From positions 2,625 to 66,624 of the forward strand of contig CAZQAE010000015.1 of NCBI GenBank assembly GCA_964591275.1: a stretch of DNA of 64,000 nt. Reading direction: 5' to 3'. Position numbers and translations under genes: made by a program. The DNA is from an uncultured bacterium (lineage in GTDB: Bacteria > Lernaellota > Lernaellaia > JACKCT01). Below, in pieces: positions 50,946 through 61,551 of the stretch (positions are counted from its first letter, which is position 1; each line of letters begins with the position of its first letter). Under the pieces are notes generated by a model that was not told the DNA's origin, ran no database searches, and worked only from the letters and a program-made list of their open reading frames with translations.

Positions 50946-51929
50946 TCAGCTAATTTCAACCGATGCCTTTTCCCGCGCTGAAAGAAACAGAGCGTCAATG
51001 ACTTTCATATTCGCCACGGCATCGCCGACTGATCGGGCAGGCTTGGTTTCGCCGTTGGCGACGGCGACGAATTCCTCCACTTCCAATTGATAGGAATTTG
51101 CCGGTGGGACAATAATCGTTTCTGGCGAACGGCCATCGCGGTGAAGTAAAATTGTGGCTGCTTCGTCACCGGGAATCCAGGGACTCAAAAGTTCTATGGC
51201 GCCTTTGGTCCCCGCGATTTCCGCGCGATGGCGCTCGAAATTATCAATGCTGGTCTCAAAATTCGCCAGGACGCCGTTCGGAAACTCCAGCAACCCGAGC
51301 ATCGTTTCGTCAACGTTTTTTCGTTTTTCCATAGCGCTCACGCGCACCGGTTCACATCCCGCAATCATACGTGAAAAATCAACGCAGTAGCAGCCGACAT
51401 CCATCAATGCGCCGCCTCCAAGTTTGGCGGAAAAGGGATTCGCTGCGGGATCATCGAGCAAGAAAGTGAACTGGCTATGTAGCGTGGAGACATCGCCGAT
51501 GGCGCCGCTTTTGATCAACTCAAGTACACGAATCCACTGGGGATGAAATCGATACATCATGGCTTCAGCAAGATGCATCCCGCTGCGTTTGGCGGCGGCG
51601 GCAACCGCCTCGGCCTCCGCAGCGCTCGTGCTGATCGGTTTTTCACACAACACGCAATTCCCCGCTTCCAAAGCCTTGATCGACCACGGAACATGCAGGC
51701 TGTTTGGAAGCGGTATGTAGACCATGTCCACTTCATCGCTACGCAGTAGGTCTTCGTAAGAACCATAGGCCAGGGGAATACCGTGTATGCATGCCCAATC
51801 ATTTGCCTTGTCGATATCGCGGCTGGCGATGGCCTGAAGCTCGCCGCAATCGCCCAATTGAATCGCCTTAATAATTTCCAGGGCGATCTCCGCTGTGCCC
51901 AAAATCCCCCATCGGTAACGCTTGCCCAT
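50946..51929 (-). CDS. Gfo/Idh/MocA family oxidoreductase
   Basis: WGILGTAEIA, LPNSLH, LCEKP, GGGALMDVGCY. Confidence 0.92.
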   Translation of the reverse strand: MGKRYRWGILGTAEIALEIIKAIQLGDCGELQAIASRDIDKANDWACIHGIPLAYGSYEDLLRSDEVDMVYIPLPNSLHVPWSIKALEAGNCVLCEKPISTSAAEAEAVAAAAKRSGMHLAEAMMYRFHPQWIRVLELIKSGAIGDVSTLHSQFTFLLDDPAANPFSAKLGGGALMDVGCYCVDFSRMIAGCEPVRVSAMEKRKNVDETMLGLLEFPNGVLANFETSIDNFERHRAEIAGTKGAIELLSPWIPGDEAATILLHRDGRSPETIIVPPANSYQLEVEEFVAVANGETKPARSVGDAVANMKVIDALFLSAREKASVEIS

Positions 51930-51983
51930 TCATCGCCTCCAGTTTTTTTTCATCGAGAAAATTGGATTTCCCATCGGATCAGA

Positions 51984-52664
51984 TCATTGAAATCTGAATA
52001 CGCCATCAAGCAATGCGCCTGCGACCATCCCCTGGTGATTGTCGGGATCACCGATGGAAAACAGGGGCGTTGCGTAGGGATGCAGACCCAACTGGAAGTT
52101 AAAGCTCTTGCCCGGTCGTTTGAAATCCAGCCCCACGTAAGCGCCGATGGAAGGTCCCATGGCAAAGAACGACGGTTTTCTGCCCTCGCCGGATTGTTCA
52201 GATTGAAAGTCAGGTCCGTAGTGAAACGACGCCCCGAGGGTGGGGCCCAGGATGGTGTCTATGCCGCTATCGCCTTTAATTCGATATAGCAGACTAAAGT
52301 CGGGTTCGTATTGCAGCATCTCAAAGGCTGCGCCGAAAAGTATTGGCCGAAATACCGGCAGATCAGCCGCAAAGCTCCAATTATTTTCATAAGCGTATTC
52401 CACGTAAAATGAAATGTCGGCCGCCGTACCTCCCTTGACGCCGGGGTCGGTGGCCACGCACATCCTGACATTGTCATAGCGCCCGCCGATCCTGGTCTTG
52501 AATCCCATGACAACCTTGTCATTGTCCTGCGCGGGTTCGGTTTGGGCGTGCGCGGAAGGAAGGCAAAAAACGGCCAGCGAAGTCAGGCCAAGGATGAAAG
52601 CCATGAATCCAATCAAGCTTTTCGTAGCGCAGTGCAAACTCATTATTCTCCAGACAATTTTCAA
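51984..52664 (-). CDS. Hypothetical exported protein (possible beta-barrel)
   Basis: Signal peptide ending AHA; aromatic amphipathic strands, ends FRFQ; start uncertain. Confidence 0.6.
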   Translation of the reverse strand: MKIVWRIMSLHCATKSLIGFMAFILGLTSLAVFCLPSAHAQTEPAQDNDKVVMGFKTRIGGRYDNVRMCVATDPGVKGGTAADISFYVEYAYENNWSFAADLPVFRPILFGAAFEMLQYEPDFSLLYRIKGDSGIDTILGPTLGASFHYGPDFQSEQSGEGRKPSFFAMGPSIGAYVGLDFKRPGKSFNFQLGLHPYATPLFSIGDPDNHQGMVAGALLDGVFRFQ

Positions 52665-52719
52665 GGTATTGAAATTCTTCTCGGTTTAGAAAAGGACCCG
52701 AAGAATTTTTGCGTTGAAG

Positions 52720-53937
52720 CTATTTTTTAAAAGGCAAAGTCCCGGCGGCAATATCTTTTAGCCGCTGCGCGATTTGCAGTCCCTGGGCACGGCATTTTTC
52801 CAAATCGGCGCTCGTGGGAACGTATTGGACATTTAAACCGCCACAGACTTTCTCGATTTTCATCGCGTCGAAAAATTCCTCTATCTGTTTGACGCCTTCG
52901 CCGCTCCAGCCGTAGGAGCCGAAGGCCGCGCCAATGATATTCCTGGGCTTCAAGCCTTTCAGATAGGTCAGGACATCAGCTACGGGTGGGAAAATATTGT
53001 TGTTCATTGTCGGCGAACCAACAATAAGCGCCCCCGCATCGAGTATCTCGGCGGCCACATCGCTTCGGTGGCCGGCGTCAAGAGGAATGACTTTCGTTTC
53101 AGCGCCTCCTTCCACCAGTCCATCGCAGATGGCGGCAGCCATTTTGGCGGTGCTTTGCCACATGGTGTCGAATACGATGACAGCTTTTGTCGTCGGGTCC
53201 TGTCTGGCCCATTTGGCGTAAAGCCCGATAATTCTATCAAGATCTTTTCGGAAGATGGGACCGTGGTCCGGCGCGATGATTTCAATGGGTAGGTTCATTT
53301 TGGAGACTTTAGCGAGAAGTCCGGTCACCATGGGAGAAAAAGGCAGCAATATGTTTGCGTAGTATTTCGCCGCCTCGCTTTCCCAGTCTCCCACCTCATC
53401 AATAAAGCGCTTGCCGGAGGCCAGGTGCATGCCGAAAGCATCCTGGGAAAATAATATTTTATCTTCTTCAAGATACGTGAACATGCTGTCGGGCCAGTGC
53501 AGCATCCTGGTTTCCGTGAAAGTCAGGTTCAGGTTCCCGAGACTTAAGGTTTGTCCGTCGGCGACAGCCTCAATTTCCTTCAGACCGAAATGCTGCAAAA
53601 GAGCTTTTGCGCCCATTTTCGAGGCAAAGACCTTTTCCGGTTTTAAAGTATGGATGAAACCCGGCAGGCATCCCGTATGATCCATTTCCGAGTGGTTGGA
53701 CACAATGTAATCAATCTTATTTGGATCAATCACCGACGAAATACGCGAAAGGAGTTCGTCTTTGAAAGGGGCTTTCACCGTATCGATCAGCGTAATCTTA
53801 TCCCCAATAATCAGGAAGGCATTGTAAGTCGTTCCTTGGGAAGTTTTATAGCCGTGAAAATTTCGTATCGCCCAGTCAATCGCACCCACCCAATACACGT
53901 GCTCGGTAATCCGAACCGCTTTCAGCGCCTCAGTCAT
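52720..53937 (-). CDS. fprA: Flavodiiron protein FprA (rubredoxin:oxygen/NO oxidoreductase)
   Basis: [36 protein letters not shown]. Confidence 0.95.
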   Translation of the reverse strand: MTEALKAVRITEHVYWVGAIDWAIRNFHGYKTSQGTTYNAFLIIGDKITLIDTVKAPFKDELLSRISSVIDPNKIDYIVSNHSEMDHTGCLPGFIHTLKPEKVFASKMGAKALLQHFGLKEIEAVADGQTLSLGNLNLTFTETRMLHWPDSMFTYLEEDKILFSQDAFGMHLASGKRFIDEVGDWESEAAKYYANILLPFSPMVTGLLAKVSKMNLPIEIIAPDHGPIFRKDLDRIIGLYAKWARQDPTTKAVIVFDTMWQSTAKMAAAICDGLVEGGAETKVIPLDAGHRSDVAAEILDAGALIVGSPTMNNNIFPPVADVLTYLKGLKPRNIIGAAFGSYGWSGEGVKQIEEFFDAMKIEKVCGGLNVQYVPTSADLEKCRAQGLQIAQRLKDIAAGTLPFKK

Positions 53938-53970
53938 TGGTTCAACCTATCCTTTGAAAAATCGTGTCTT

Positions 53971-54129
53971 TTATTCTTCCGGCGAAAAATCATCTTTGCT
54001 CGCGCCGCAAACCGGGCATACCCAATCCTTGGGCACATCTTTGAACTCGGTCCCCGCGGCGACGTCGTTGTCGGGATCGCCCTCGGCCGGATCATAGACA
54101 TAACCGCAAAGGTCGCATACGTATTTCAT
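53971..54129 (-). CDS. rub: Rubredoxin (52 aa, not in ORF track)
   Basis: AAGGAG RBS; [52 protein letters not shown]. Confidence 0.96.
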   Translation of the reverse strand: MKYVCDLCGYVYDPAEGDPDNDVAAGTEFKDVPKDWVCPVCGASKDDFSPEE

Positions 54130-54147
54130 GATTCACTCCTTTTGTTT

Positions 54148-55167
54148 TTAGTAAATGAGATCATTTTCCTTCACTTTGCCGCTGAAGGTTTTGTAAACAA
54201 ACCAAGTATAGCCCACCACGATCGGCATTCCTACCGCCGCAACGATCAACATAACTTTTAATGTCAACGGCGACGAGGAAGCGCCGGCGACGGTCAGGCC
54301 CCAGGCGGGATTATTGATCGCGGGAAGAAGGTTGGGGAAAATGGTCGCGCCCGCCAGAGCCATGAGAGACGCGATGGATACTGAAGAGCTGATAAAGGCC
54401 GCTTTTTCATCACTGCGCGCATTATAAACGCCAATCATTACGATAGAGATGATTGTCGCCGCCGGAATAATCCACAGAACAGGTTGGGCCAGGAAGTTTT
54501 CCAGCAGGCGCCTTTCAAAGATGAATGTATATATAGTGGCGAGGCCAAAAAGGACCATGTACACCTTCCAGGCTTTATAAGCCCATCCCCTGACCATTTC
54601 GCCAAGTTCCCCTTCGGTTTTCAAGGCGAGGTACAGCGCGCCGTGCGTGGCGAACATGGCAAATCCGAGCAATCCTGTTATCAGGGCAAAGGGATTCAGC
54701 AATCCGAAGAAGGAGCCTGCGAACTGCCCCGATGCATCCAGTGGAACTCCGCGTATGATGTTGCCGAGAGCTACGCCGAATAAAAATGCGGGAAGCATGC
54801 TGCCCACCGCGAAGGCGGCGTCCCACTTGCGCCTCCAATTTTCATCATCAACCATGCCGCGAAACTCAATCGAGACGGCGCGAAATATCAGGCCGAACAG
54901 TACCAGCATCATGGCCAGATAGAAGCCGGAAAATACGGTCGCGTAAACCATTGGGAAGGCTGCGAAGAGCGCCCCGGCACCGGTTAGAAGCCAGACTTCA
55001 TTGCCGTCCCATACCGGACCGATGGCGTTCAAAAAGATTCTCCGGTGCTTGTCCTTTTTGGCAAACAGGTGCCAGATGCCGACGCCCAGGTCGAAACCGT
55101 CGAGGATGGCATAGCCTGTGAGCAAAGCCCCAATGAGGAAAAACCATGTGACTTGTAAAATACTCAT
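54148..55167 (-). CDS. cydB: Cytochrome bd ubiquinol oxidase subunit II
   Basis: LDGFDLGVG, GPVWDGNEVWL. Confidence 0.96.
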   Translation of the reverse strand: MSILQVTWFFLIGALLTGYAILDGFDLGVGIWHLFAKKDKHRRIFLNAIGPVWDGNEVWLLTGAGALFAAFPMVYATVFSGFYLAMMLVLFGLIFRAVSIEFRGMVDDENWRRKWDAAFAVGSMLPAFLFGVALGNIIRGVPLDASGQFAGSFFGLLNPFALITGLLGFAMFATHGALYLALKTEGELGEMVRGWAYKAWKVYMVLFGLATIYTFIFERRLLENFLAQPVLWIIPAATIISIVMIGVYNARSDEKAAFISSSVSIASLMALAGATIFPNLLPAINNPAWGLTVAGASSSPLTLKVMLIVAAVGMPIVVGYTWFVYKTFSGKVKENDLIY

Positions 55168-56501
55168 GATGGCCTCCCTTCGATCTCCACGTCGCCCATT
55201 GGCTCAGGCCCCTCTTTGATTTTCTTAAACAGGGTAAAGAAGAAGGCGTAGCCGATCAGAGCGTATATGCCCATGAATATTAGCACGGTAAATCCGACAT
55301 GATACCAGGGCACCGTGACGGAAACTCCCTCAGATGTTTTGAGGAGGCCATAGACGACCCAGGGCTGCCTGCCGACCTCCGCGGCGACCCATCCGAAGTG
55401 ATTGGCCAAAGTGGGATAGAGAAATCCCGGAATAAAAGCGTACAAAAGCAGTTTGAAATCGAACAGTTTTCCGATTTTCAGCAGGAACGCGGCCAGCGTA
55501 GTCAATCCGATCATCAACATTCCCAGTCCGACCATTCCGTGATAGGCCATGAATGTAATGAAGAGCGGCGGCCATTCATCCTTCGGAAATTCCTTGAGTC
55601 CCATGACCTCAGTGTCTTTCGATCCTGCCAGCAAAACACTCAGCATTCCGGGCATTCGCACATCCAAATAAATTTTTTCAGCGCTGGCGCTCGGCAGGCC
55701 GAAAACAGAGAGGCCGACATTCGTCTCGGTTTCAAACTGTCCTTCAAAGGCAGCCAATTTCGCCGGCTGCGTCTTCCAAACCTGCACCGAATGCATATGC
55801 CCGGTGAATAGCTGCCCCCACGAACCAATTAAGCCCAAGACCAGGGCGATCTTGAAAGACTGCCTGGCGAATGGTTCATGCCGATTTTTCACCAGGTAGA
55901 AGGCGGAAATGGCCAGCACGACAAAAGCGCCTGTAGCCAGGGCGCTAACGACAACGTGAGAGAAACGTTCCAACGTGGAAGGATTGAAAGCCGCCGCCCA
56001 GAAGTCCGTGAGCACCGCACGACCGCCGACCACCTTATATCCCGCCGGAGTTTGCTGCCAGGAATTGGCGACAATAATCCAGAACGCCGACATCGTGGAC
56101 CCGATAGCAACCATCAGTGATGAGAACCAATGGGTTTTCACCGACAGTTTTTTCCAGCCGAAGACCAACATTCCTAAAAATGAAGATTCCAAAAAGAAGG
56201 CCAGAATTCCTTCCGCGGCCAGAGGGGCGCCGAAAATGTCGCCGACGAATCGAGAGTATTCGGACCAGTTGGTCCCGAACTGAAACTCCATCGTAATGCC
56301 GGTGGCCACGCCCACGATAAATATGAGGGCAAAAATATTGATCCAGAACCTGGCCATGACCTCATAGAGTTTGTCGCCGGTATTCTTGTATTTGGTCATG
56401 ATGAAGAAAATAATCCAGGCGAGTCCAATGCTGACCGGCGGCCACAGATAATGAAATCCAATGGTGAAATAAAACTGGAACCGGGCCATGTGCTCAGCCA
56501 T
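55164..56501 (-). CDS. cydA: Cytochrome bd ubiquinol oxidase subunit I (short Q-loop)
   Basis: RFQF..FH, EFQFGTNW, QPAKLAAFEG, EVGRQPW. Confidence 0.96.
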   Translation of the reverse strand: MAEHMARFQFYFTIGFHYLWPPVSIGLAWIIFFIMTKYKNTGDKLYEVMARFWINIFALIFIVGVATGITMEFQFGTNWSEYSRFVGDIFGAPLAAEGILAFFLESSFLGMLVFGWKKLSVKTHWFSSLMVAIGSTMSAFWIIVANSWQQTPAGYKVVGGRAVLTDFWAAAFNPSTLERFSHVVVSALATGAFVVLAISAFYLVKNRHEPFARQSFKIALVLGLIGSWGQLFTGHMHSVQVWKTQPAKLAAFEGQFETETNVGLSVFGLPSASAEKIYLDVRMPGMLSVLLAGSKDTEVMGLKEFPKDEWPPLFITFMAYHGMVGLGMLMIGLTTLAAFLLKIGKLFDFKLLLYAFIPGFLYPTLANHFGWVAAEVGRQPWVVYGLLKTSEGVSVTVPWYHVGFTVLIFMGIYALIGYAFFFTLFKKIKEGPEPMGDVEIEGRPS

Positions 56502-57208
56502 CAGCCAACCTTCCTGTCCATGTGAAGGCTTTGATTATTCAAAGCATGTGTTTCGTCGTCGAGAATTCGAGAGGCTGCTTCAGACACGGTGCGCCGAACC
56601 AGTTGCCCGCCGTGAATGTCGTACTCCGTGAAATCGGCGTCATCATTTTGCGTCCGACGGGTGGCATCCTTCAGATTTTTATAACCCAGGATATGGAGAA
56701 TACGCAGCGCATAAGCCCGCGTGGCCGGGTCGGAATCCGTCAGGCTGCCATGAAGGTTTTGAATCACATCAGGGTGTGAAAAGAGCGCCTCATTGAGCGG
56801 CGCAAGATGGGTTAATGCGCAGTGCGTTCCACGCTCAAAAGGTTCTTCCACCAAAAAGGACGCCCGAATGCGCCCGTATTCCTCCAGCAAAGAAGGAAGC
56901 TCGCGAAGTATCGCGGCAATCAACTCCGGGCCGTTCCATAAAATCCCGTCCGATTCATCATTCATCAGCCATAGTGCTTTGCGAATGATCCTGCGTACGT
57001 CTTCCAAATCCGACTTGGCCAAATGCCCGGCGAAGATCGCATGAGCCTCAATCGCACGCCATTGAAGCAAAGGATCAGGATCGAAGAGTGCGCCAAGCAG
57101 GTGTCTGTCAGGACTGCGCCGTTCATCAAAAAGGGTTTTCAACTGATCCCAATCACGATCTCGAAGAATTGTTTTCATCAGTTGTTTTCTTTGCGCCCGT
57201 TTCTCCAA
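56501..57208 (-). CDS. DVU0298-like HEAT-repeat protein
   Basis: LWLMNDESDGILWNGPE motif; TGATG coupling to cydA. Confidence 0.65.
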   Translation of the reverse strand: MEKRAQRKQLMKTILRDRDWDQLKTLFDERRSPDRHLLGALFDPDPLLQWRAIEAHAIFAGHLAKSDLEDVRRIIRKALWLMNDESDGILWNGPELIAAILRELPSLLEEYGRIRASFLVEEPFERGTHCALTHLAPLNEALFSHPDVIQNLHGSLTDSDPATRAYALRILHILGYKNLKDATRRTQNDDADFTEYDIHGGQLVRRTVSEAASRILDDETHALNNQSLHMDRKVG

Positions 57209-57281
57209 CTTTCGAATCCCTCTCCCTTTTCTCCCTTGAAATATTCATGATAGGCGTTTGTCGCCGCTTCACAAGTTTCCG

Positions 57282-58073
57282 TCAGCCCAAACCAACATCC
57301 AGCAGCATCATAACGACAAAGCCGATCATCACGCCGAGGGTGGCCACCTTCTCATGGCCATTTCGGTGGGATTCGGGAATGATTTCATCGCTGATGACAA
57401 AAAGCATCGCTCCGGCGGCAAAGGCGAGGCCCCACGGCAAAAGAGGCGCCGACACGCTCACGATGCCTGCCCCAAGTAAGCCTCCGACCGGTTCGACCAG
57501 CCCCGTTAAAAGTGCGATGCCCAGCGCCTGTCCCATCGGGTATTTTAAACTGAGCAGGGCCAGCGCCACGACCAATCCTTCCGGCATATTTTGCAAACCG
57601 ATGCCGATGGCCAGCGACAGGCCGTTTTCGATGTCGCCGCCGCCGAACCCGACGCCGACGGCCAGCCCTTCAGGAAAATTGTGCAGGGTGATGGCGATGA
57701 TGAACAGCCATGTGCGTTTAAGATTTCCCGCACTCGCACCCTCGGGTCCTTTAATAAAATGTTCGTGCGGAGAATACTTATCGCTGATCCAGAGGAAAAG
57801 GCCGCCCAACAACATGCCGGCAGCCACGACAAAGGCGCCGGACCAGCCGCCGCCCTTCGCCTCCACTGCGGGAATGATCAATGAAAACGATGTCGCCGCC
57901 AGCATGACGCCTGCGCCGAAGCCCATCATTATGTCTTGCGTGCGTTGGGAAATATTGCGGGTCAGTAGCACCGGGAGTGCGCCGACGCCAGTAGCCAGCC
58001 CGGCCAGCAGGCTCGCCAGGCCGCCGAGATACAGGACGGGCCAGGAAGATATCGCCTCAATCCACGGTGTCAT
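57282..58073 (-). CDS. ZIP (GufA/ZupT) family metal transporter
   Basis: HNFPEGLAVG, QNMPEG, AAGAMLFVISDEIIPE. Confidence 0.93.
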   Translation of the reverse strand: MTPWIEAISSWPVLYLGGLASLLAGLATGVGALPVLLTRNISQRTQDIMMGFGAGVMLAATSFSLIIPAVEAKGGGWSGAFVVAAGMLLGGLFLWISDKYSPHEHFIKGPEGASAGNLKRTWLFIIAITLHNFPEGLAVGVGFGGGDIENGLSLAIGIGLQNMPEGLVVALALLSLKYPMGQALGIALLTGLVEPVGGLLGAGIVSVSAPLLPWGLAFAAGAMLFVISDEIIPESHRNGHEKVATLGVMIGFVVMMLLDVGLG

Positions 58074-58651
58074 TGAACCTCCTGGGCTGCGCGAAATACA
58101 TCCAGGTTCGCATCCACGAATTTTGGCGGCGCCAAGGATTTCAGCACTTTCTCGATCACCTTTGAACCCAATCCCTTGATCAATTCCATCGCCGCGAGTT
58201 TCCCAAGCACAGCGACATTCTGCATGCGTGGGTCGGGCAGGTTTTCCAGAAGTACCGGAATCGCCCTGGCGCCGATCATTTTCGCGGCTTTTTGAAGTTC
58301 ATCATTCGTCGGGTATTTGTCTTGATTTGCGCGAACCGTGATCGGCTGCTGAACCGTATCGTAATAAAGCAAAGCGCCGCCCGGCTTGAGCATTTTCAGC
58401 AGACCACGCAGTCCTTCAATCCGCTCCAATGCGATGACGATATCAACTTCGCCTTTCGGGACCAGTGGTGTGAAAACACCATCGCCGATTCTCAAATGTG
58501 AAACGACGGTCCCGCCGCGTTGGGCCAGCCCGTGCGTATCCGCGCCGAAAACCGTGTAGCCCGCATCCATGGCGGAACGAATCATTACCTCGGATAACAG
58601 GCCGATTCCCTGGCCGCCGACGCCGCAAAGATATATATTCACTTTATCCAC
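58070..58651 (-). CDS. iorB: Indolepyruvate ferredoxin oxidoreductase beta subunit
   Basis: GVGGQG, HGLAQRGGTVVSHLRIG; GTG start overlaps the iorA remnant stop. Confidence 0.85.
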   Translation of the reverse strand: MDKVNIYLCGVGGQGIGLLSEVMIRSAMDAGYTVFGADTHGLAQRGGTVVSHLRIGDGVFTPLVPKGEVDIVIALERIEGLRGLLKMLKPGGALLYYDTVQQPITVRANQDKYPTNDELQKAAKMIGARAIPVLLENLPDPRMQNVAVLGKLAAMELIKGLGSKVIEKVLKSLAPPKFVDANLDVFRAAQEVQ

Positions 58652-59017
58652 GGCTGACTCCTTTTTCCTCAAGGAATTTCAGAGCGTCCACAGGACATGT
58701 CGTCATGCATGAACCGTCTCCGATGCCACGTTCAGTCCCACGGATTTAAAAAATACGCACGAAAGTCGCCCGTTGACCGCGGCGCCGAAAGCCACTTCGA
58801 GAGCAACTTTTTCGTTGGTTGCGTACTGGAAAACCATTGGCCGCTGCTCTTCTTCCACCGAAAGGATCGCCGAGGCGATTTCCGGCGTCGGCGAACCGGG
58901 ATAAGTTGTGGCGACTTTGACGCCGGATTCGAACATGGCCCGAACGAGTGCGTGGTTGCCCATGACCAAGCCCGACCAGGGGGCTTGCTGCGTCAGTTGA
59001 TCCGATAGTCGCTGCAT
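58644..59017 (-). pseudogene. iorA: iorA with large internal deletion and frameshift
   Basis: N-terminus MGNHA..YPGSPTPEI..NEKVALE..KSVGLNVAS fused out of frame to C-terminal ferredoxin remnant IGDGSCMTTCPVDALK..RG*. Confidence 0.85.
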
Positions 59018-59086
59018 TTCAGTGATTCCTGTATTAAATGACAGTGGCTATGAAAACCCGCTTGCATGGTTCAACGTTTTTCGGAA

Positions 59087-59620
59087 CTAGGCTCCGTCCA
59101 GGCCGATATGTTCCATCTCCTCAAACCATGATTCCGGATTGCTCAGATACTGGTGCATGTCGGTCAGGGCGTGGTGATGGTCTTTTTCTTCCAGGATCAT
59201 CTTTTGGGCGAATTCGCGCTCCATGGGGTCGGTCGCCTTTGCCAGATACTCTTGATAGAATTTGACGGCGGCGGCTTCTAGCTCAATTCCGATGCCCAGG
59301 GCCTCCAAATCCTCGGCGTCCACCTGGACTTCCGGTCCATTTTTTACGGCGATGGCGCGGAACATGGCCCCGAGTTCATCATGGTCGGGATTGAGGGCTT
59401 TCCAAGCCTCGCTCCAATTCTCGCCGCCTTTAATTTCGGCGTAGATAACTTTTATCCGGTCAACGTGGATAAGCTCATCATCGCGAAGCTTTGTGAAGAT
59501 ATCCTTCCCCAGGCTGTTTTTGCATTCAGCGATAGCCTTTTCGTAAAATGATTTGCCTTTGTTTTCCATACTCAAAGCGACGGAAAGCATTTCTAGCACC
59601 CTGTCAGTTTCTGGCGTCAT
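59087..59620 (-). CDS. Rubrerythrin-like ferritin-fold protein
   Basis: ENKGKSFY, DELIH, EEKDH ExxH motifs. Confidence 0.85.
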   Translation of the reverse strand: MTPETDRVLEMLSVALSMENKGKSFYEKAIAECKNSLGKDIFTKLRDDELIHVDRIKVIYAEIKGGENWSEAWKALNPDHDELGAMFRAIAVKNGPEVQVDAEDLEALGIGIELEAAAVKFYQEYLAKATDPMEREFAQKMILEEKDHHHALTDMHQYLSNPESWFEEMEHIGLDGA

Positions 59621-59673
59621 TGTTTTAGCCTCCCTTTATTGGCTGTCTGGTTCATTAATTGCGGCTTTATACT

Positions 59674-60171
59674 TCACGCAAGTTCGCCACGCAACTTGGC
59701 GAGCTCTTTGCTGAGCAAAGCAATGTGCCCCATCTCTTCTTTGATGATCACGTCGATTTTGCTTTGGCCCAGCTTCACCGGTACGGCTTCTTTTATACCC
59801 AGGTAGTAGATGACCGATTCTTTTTCCAACACGAGGGCCGTTTCGAGAATTTCTTCGATGCTTTCCTGGCCGCTGAGCTTTTCTGAGGGGTCTGCCGTGA
59901 CATCGAAAACATAACCGCCGGCCAAAGCTTGCAGGTACAAGGTTCCCTGGTCATCGGGGCCGGTGGAGTCGGCCTGACTCAAATCACGTCGCATGTCGGC
60001 AAAGATTTCTTCATGATTGTCCTCAATCGCCGCCAGATTGAGCAGGAGCTCTTTTTTTCTGCCGATTTCAAATCCATCTGCGGCCTGACGATAGAATTTG
60101 GCCCCGTTTCTTTCGATCTGCTCGGCAATAGCCAATACTTCGTCCGCACTCATAATTGATTTCATCGCCAC
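59674..60171 (-). CDS. Rubrerythrin-like ferritin-fold protein
   Basis: IERNGAKFY, EDNH, EKESVIYY, EEMGH. Confidence 0.87.
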   Translation of the reverse strand: MAMKSIMSADEVLAIAEQIERNGAKFYRQAADGFEIGRKKELLLNLAAIEDNHEEIFADMRRDLSQADSTGPDDQGTLYLQALAGGYVFDVTADPSEKLSGQESIEEILETALVLEKESVIYYLGIKEAVPVKLGQSKIDVIIKEEMGHIALLSKELAKLRGELA

Positions 60172-60252
60172 TCCTTAAGCTGTCACGAGCACTGTGAAAA
60201 CTCTTTTGCAAAAGTTCCCAAAGCGAACATCAACAGCATCAATCAGGCAGTA

Positions 60253-60969
60253 TTATTCGCCCGGCTTCCAAACTTCCCAGACTTTGCCCACCAATTCGGG
60301 GCCGACTTTCAATGTGGGTTTGCCCGGTTCCCAGCCGGCTGGGCATGCCTCTGCGCCTTTCGTCGCGCGCACGAGTTGGAAGGCCTGAACTTGCCGAATC
60401 GACTCTTTGACCTGACGACCAACGGGAGGAGTCAGAATCTCAATGGCTTGCACAATTCCGTCCGGGTCAATGATGAATCGCCCTCGAACATCCACTCCCG
60501 ACGCTTCGTCGTAGACTCCGTAAACAGATCCGATCCGTCCGCCGGCATCCGTCAACATGGGAAAGGGGAATCCGCCCTCAACCATTTTTGACAGCTCATT
60601 CGCTTGCCACATTTTGTGTACGAAACGGCTATCCATGCTGCACGCCAGAACTTGCACACCCAGTTCTTCAAACTTATCAGCCTTGTCGGCGACCGCCGAC
60701 AGTTCGGTCGGTCAAACGAAAGTAAAATCACCCGGATAGAAACACAGGAAGACCCATTTGCCTCGGAAATCCGACAACTTGATGTTTTTGAAGCCGCCTT
60801 CGTAATACGCCGACGCACCGAAATCCGGCGCTTCATGTCCTACCATGACTTGCATTTTTACCCCCTTTGTTGAATTGGATGAAGCATTATCAGATTGTTC
60901 GTTTTCGACCTGCGGCGTGATCGGACCCTCTGCGGGCGTCACGCAACCTTGCGGTTGTTCATCGGCCAT
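60253..60969 (-). CDS. prxU: Selenocysteine-containing peroxiredoxin (PrxU/AhpC type); UGA at 60712-60714 read as Sec
   Basis: Two ORF-track pieces are in frame: [20 protein letters not shown] places UGA at the peroxidatic Cys; SECIS-like hairpin follows; resolving ACPAGW. Confidence 0.93.
60684..60701 (-). promoter_or_regulatory. Bacterial SECIS element
   Basis: TGTCGGCG-GT-CGCCGACA hairpin starting 10 nt 3' of the UGA. Confidence 0.8.
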
Positions 60970-61018
60970 TATCCACTCCTTTCATCAGTTTTGACGCACC
61001 ATGGCGTCGCCATCCACT

Positions 61019-61537
61019 TTATTCCGTCGTATCGGCAGCAGGCATTGTGAAAACCCGCATGCCAAGGTCTTTGTCCAACATGAACATACCCGAACCTTGC
61101 CCGTCGATGAGATGGAGTTTTTTGACAACAGCGTCCGCCGTTGCCTCTTCCTCCACCTGCTCAGCCACAAACCATTGGAGGAAATTGTCCGTTGCAAAAT
61201 CTTTTTCCTCCCGAGCCAAAGCCACCAGGTCGTTTATCATCGCCGTGACTTTCTGCTCATGGATTAAGACCTGTTCAAAAACATCCAGCGGGGAAGACCA
61301 TTCCGTTTGCGGGCCTTCAATCGGCGCCATGAGCGCCCGGCCGGAGCGTTCATTCACGTAGTTGTAGAATTTAATAGCGTGAAAAAGCTCCTCCTGGGCT
61401 TGCATTTTCATCCAGTTTTCGAAACCGGAAAGGTCGTCGGCGGCGAAATAGGCCGCCATGGAAAGGTACAGATAGGACGAGTATATTTCCGCGTTGATCT
61501 GTTTATTTATTGCGCCCAGCATTCGTTGGCTAAGCAT
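61019..61537 (-). CDS. ftnA: Non-heme ferritin
   Basis: AAGGAG RBS; QINAEIYSSYLYLSM, EELFHA, HEQKVT, QWFVAEQVEEE. Confidence 0.93.
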   Translation of the reverse strand: MLSQRMLGAINKQINAEIYSSYLYLSMAAYFAADDLSGFENWMKMQAQEELFHAIKFYNYVNERSGRALMAPIEGPQTEWSSPLDVFEQVLIHEQKVTAMINDLVALAREEKDFATDNFLQWFVAEQVEEEATADAVVKKLHLIDGQGSGMFMLDKDLGMRVFTMPAADTTE

Positions 61538-61551
61538 GAGTTTTCTCCTTC

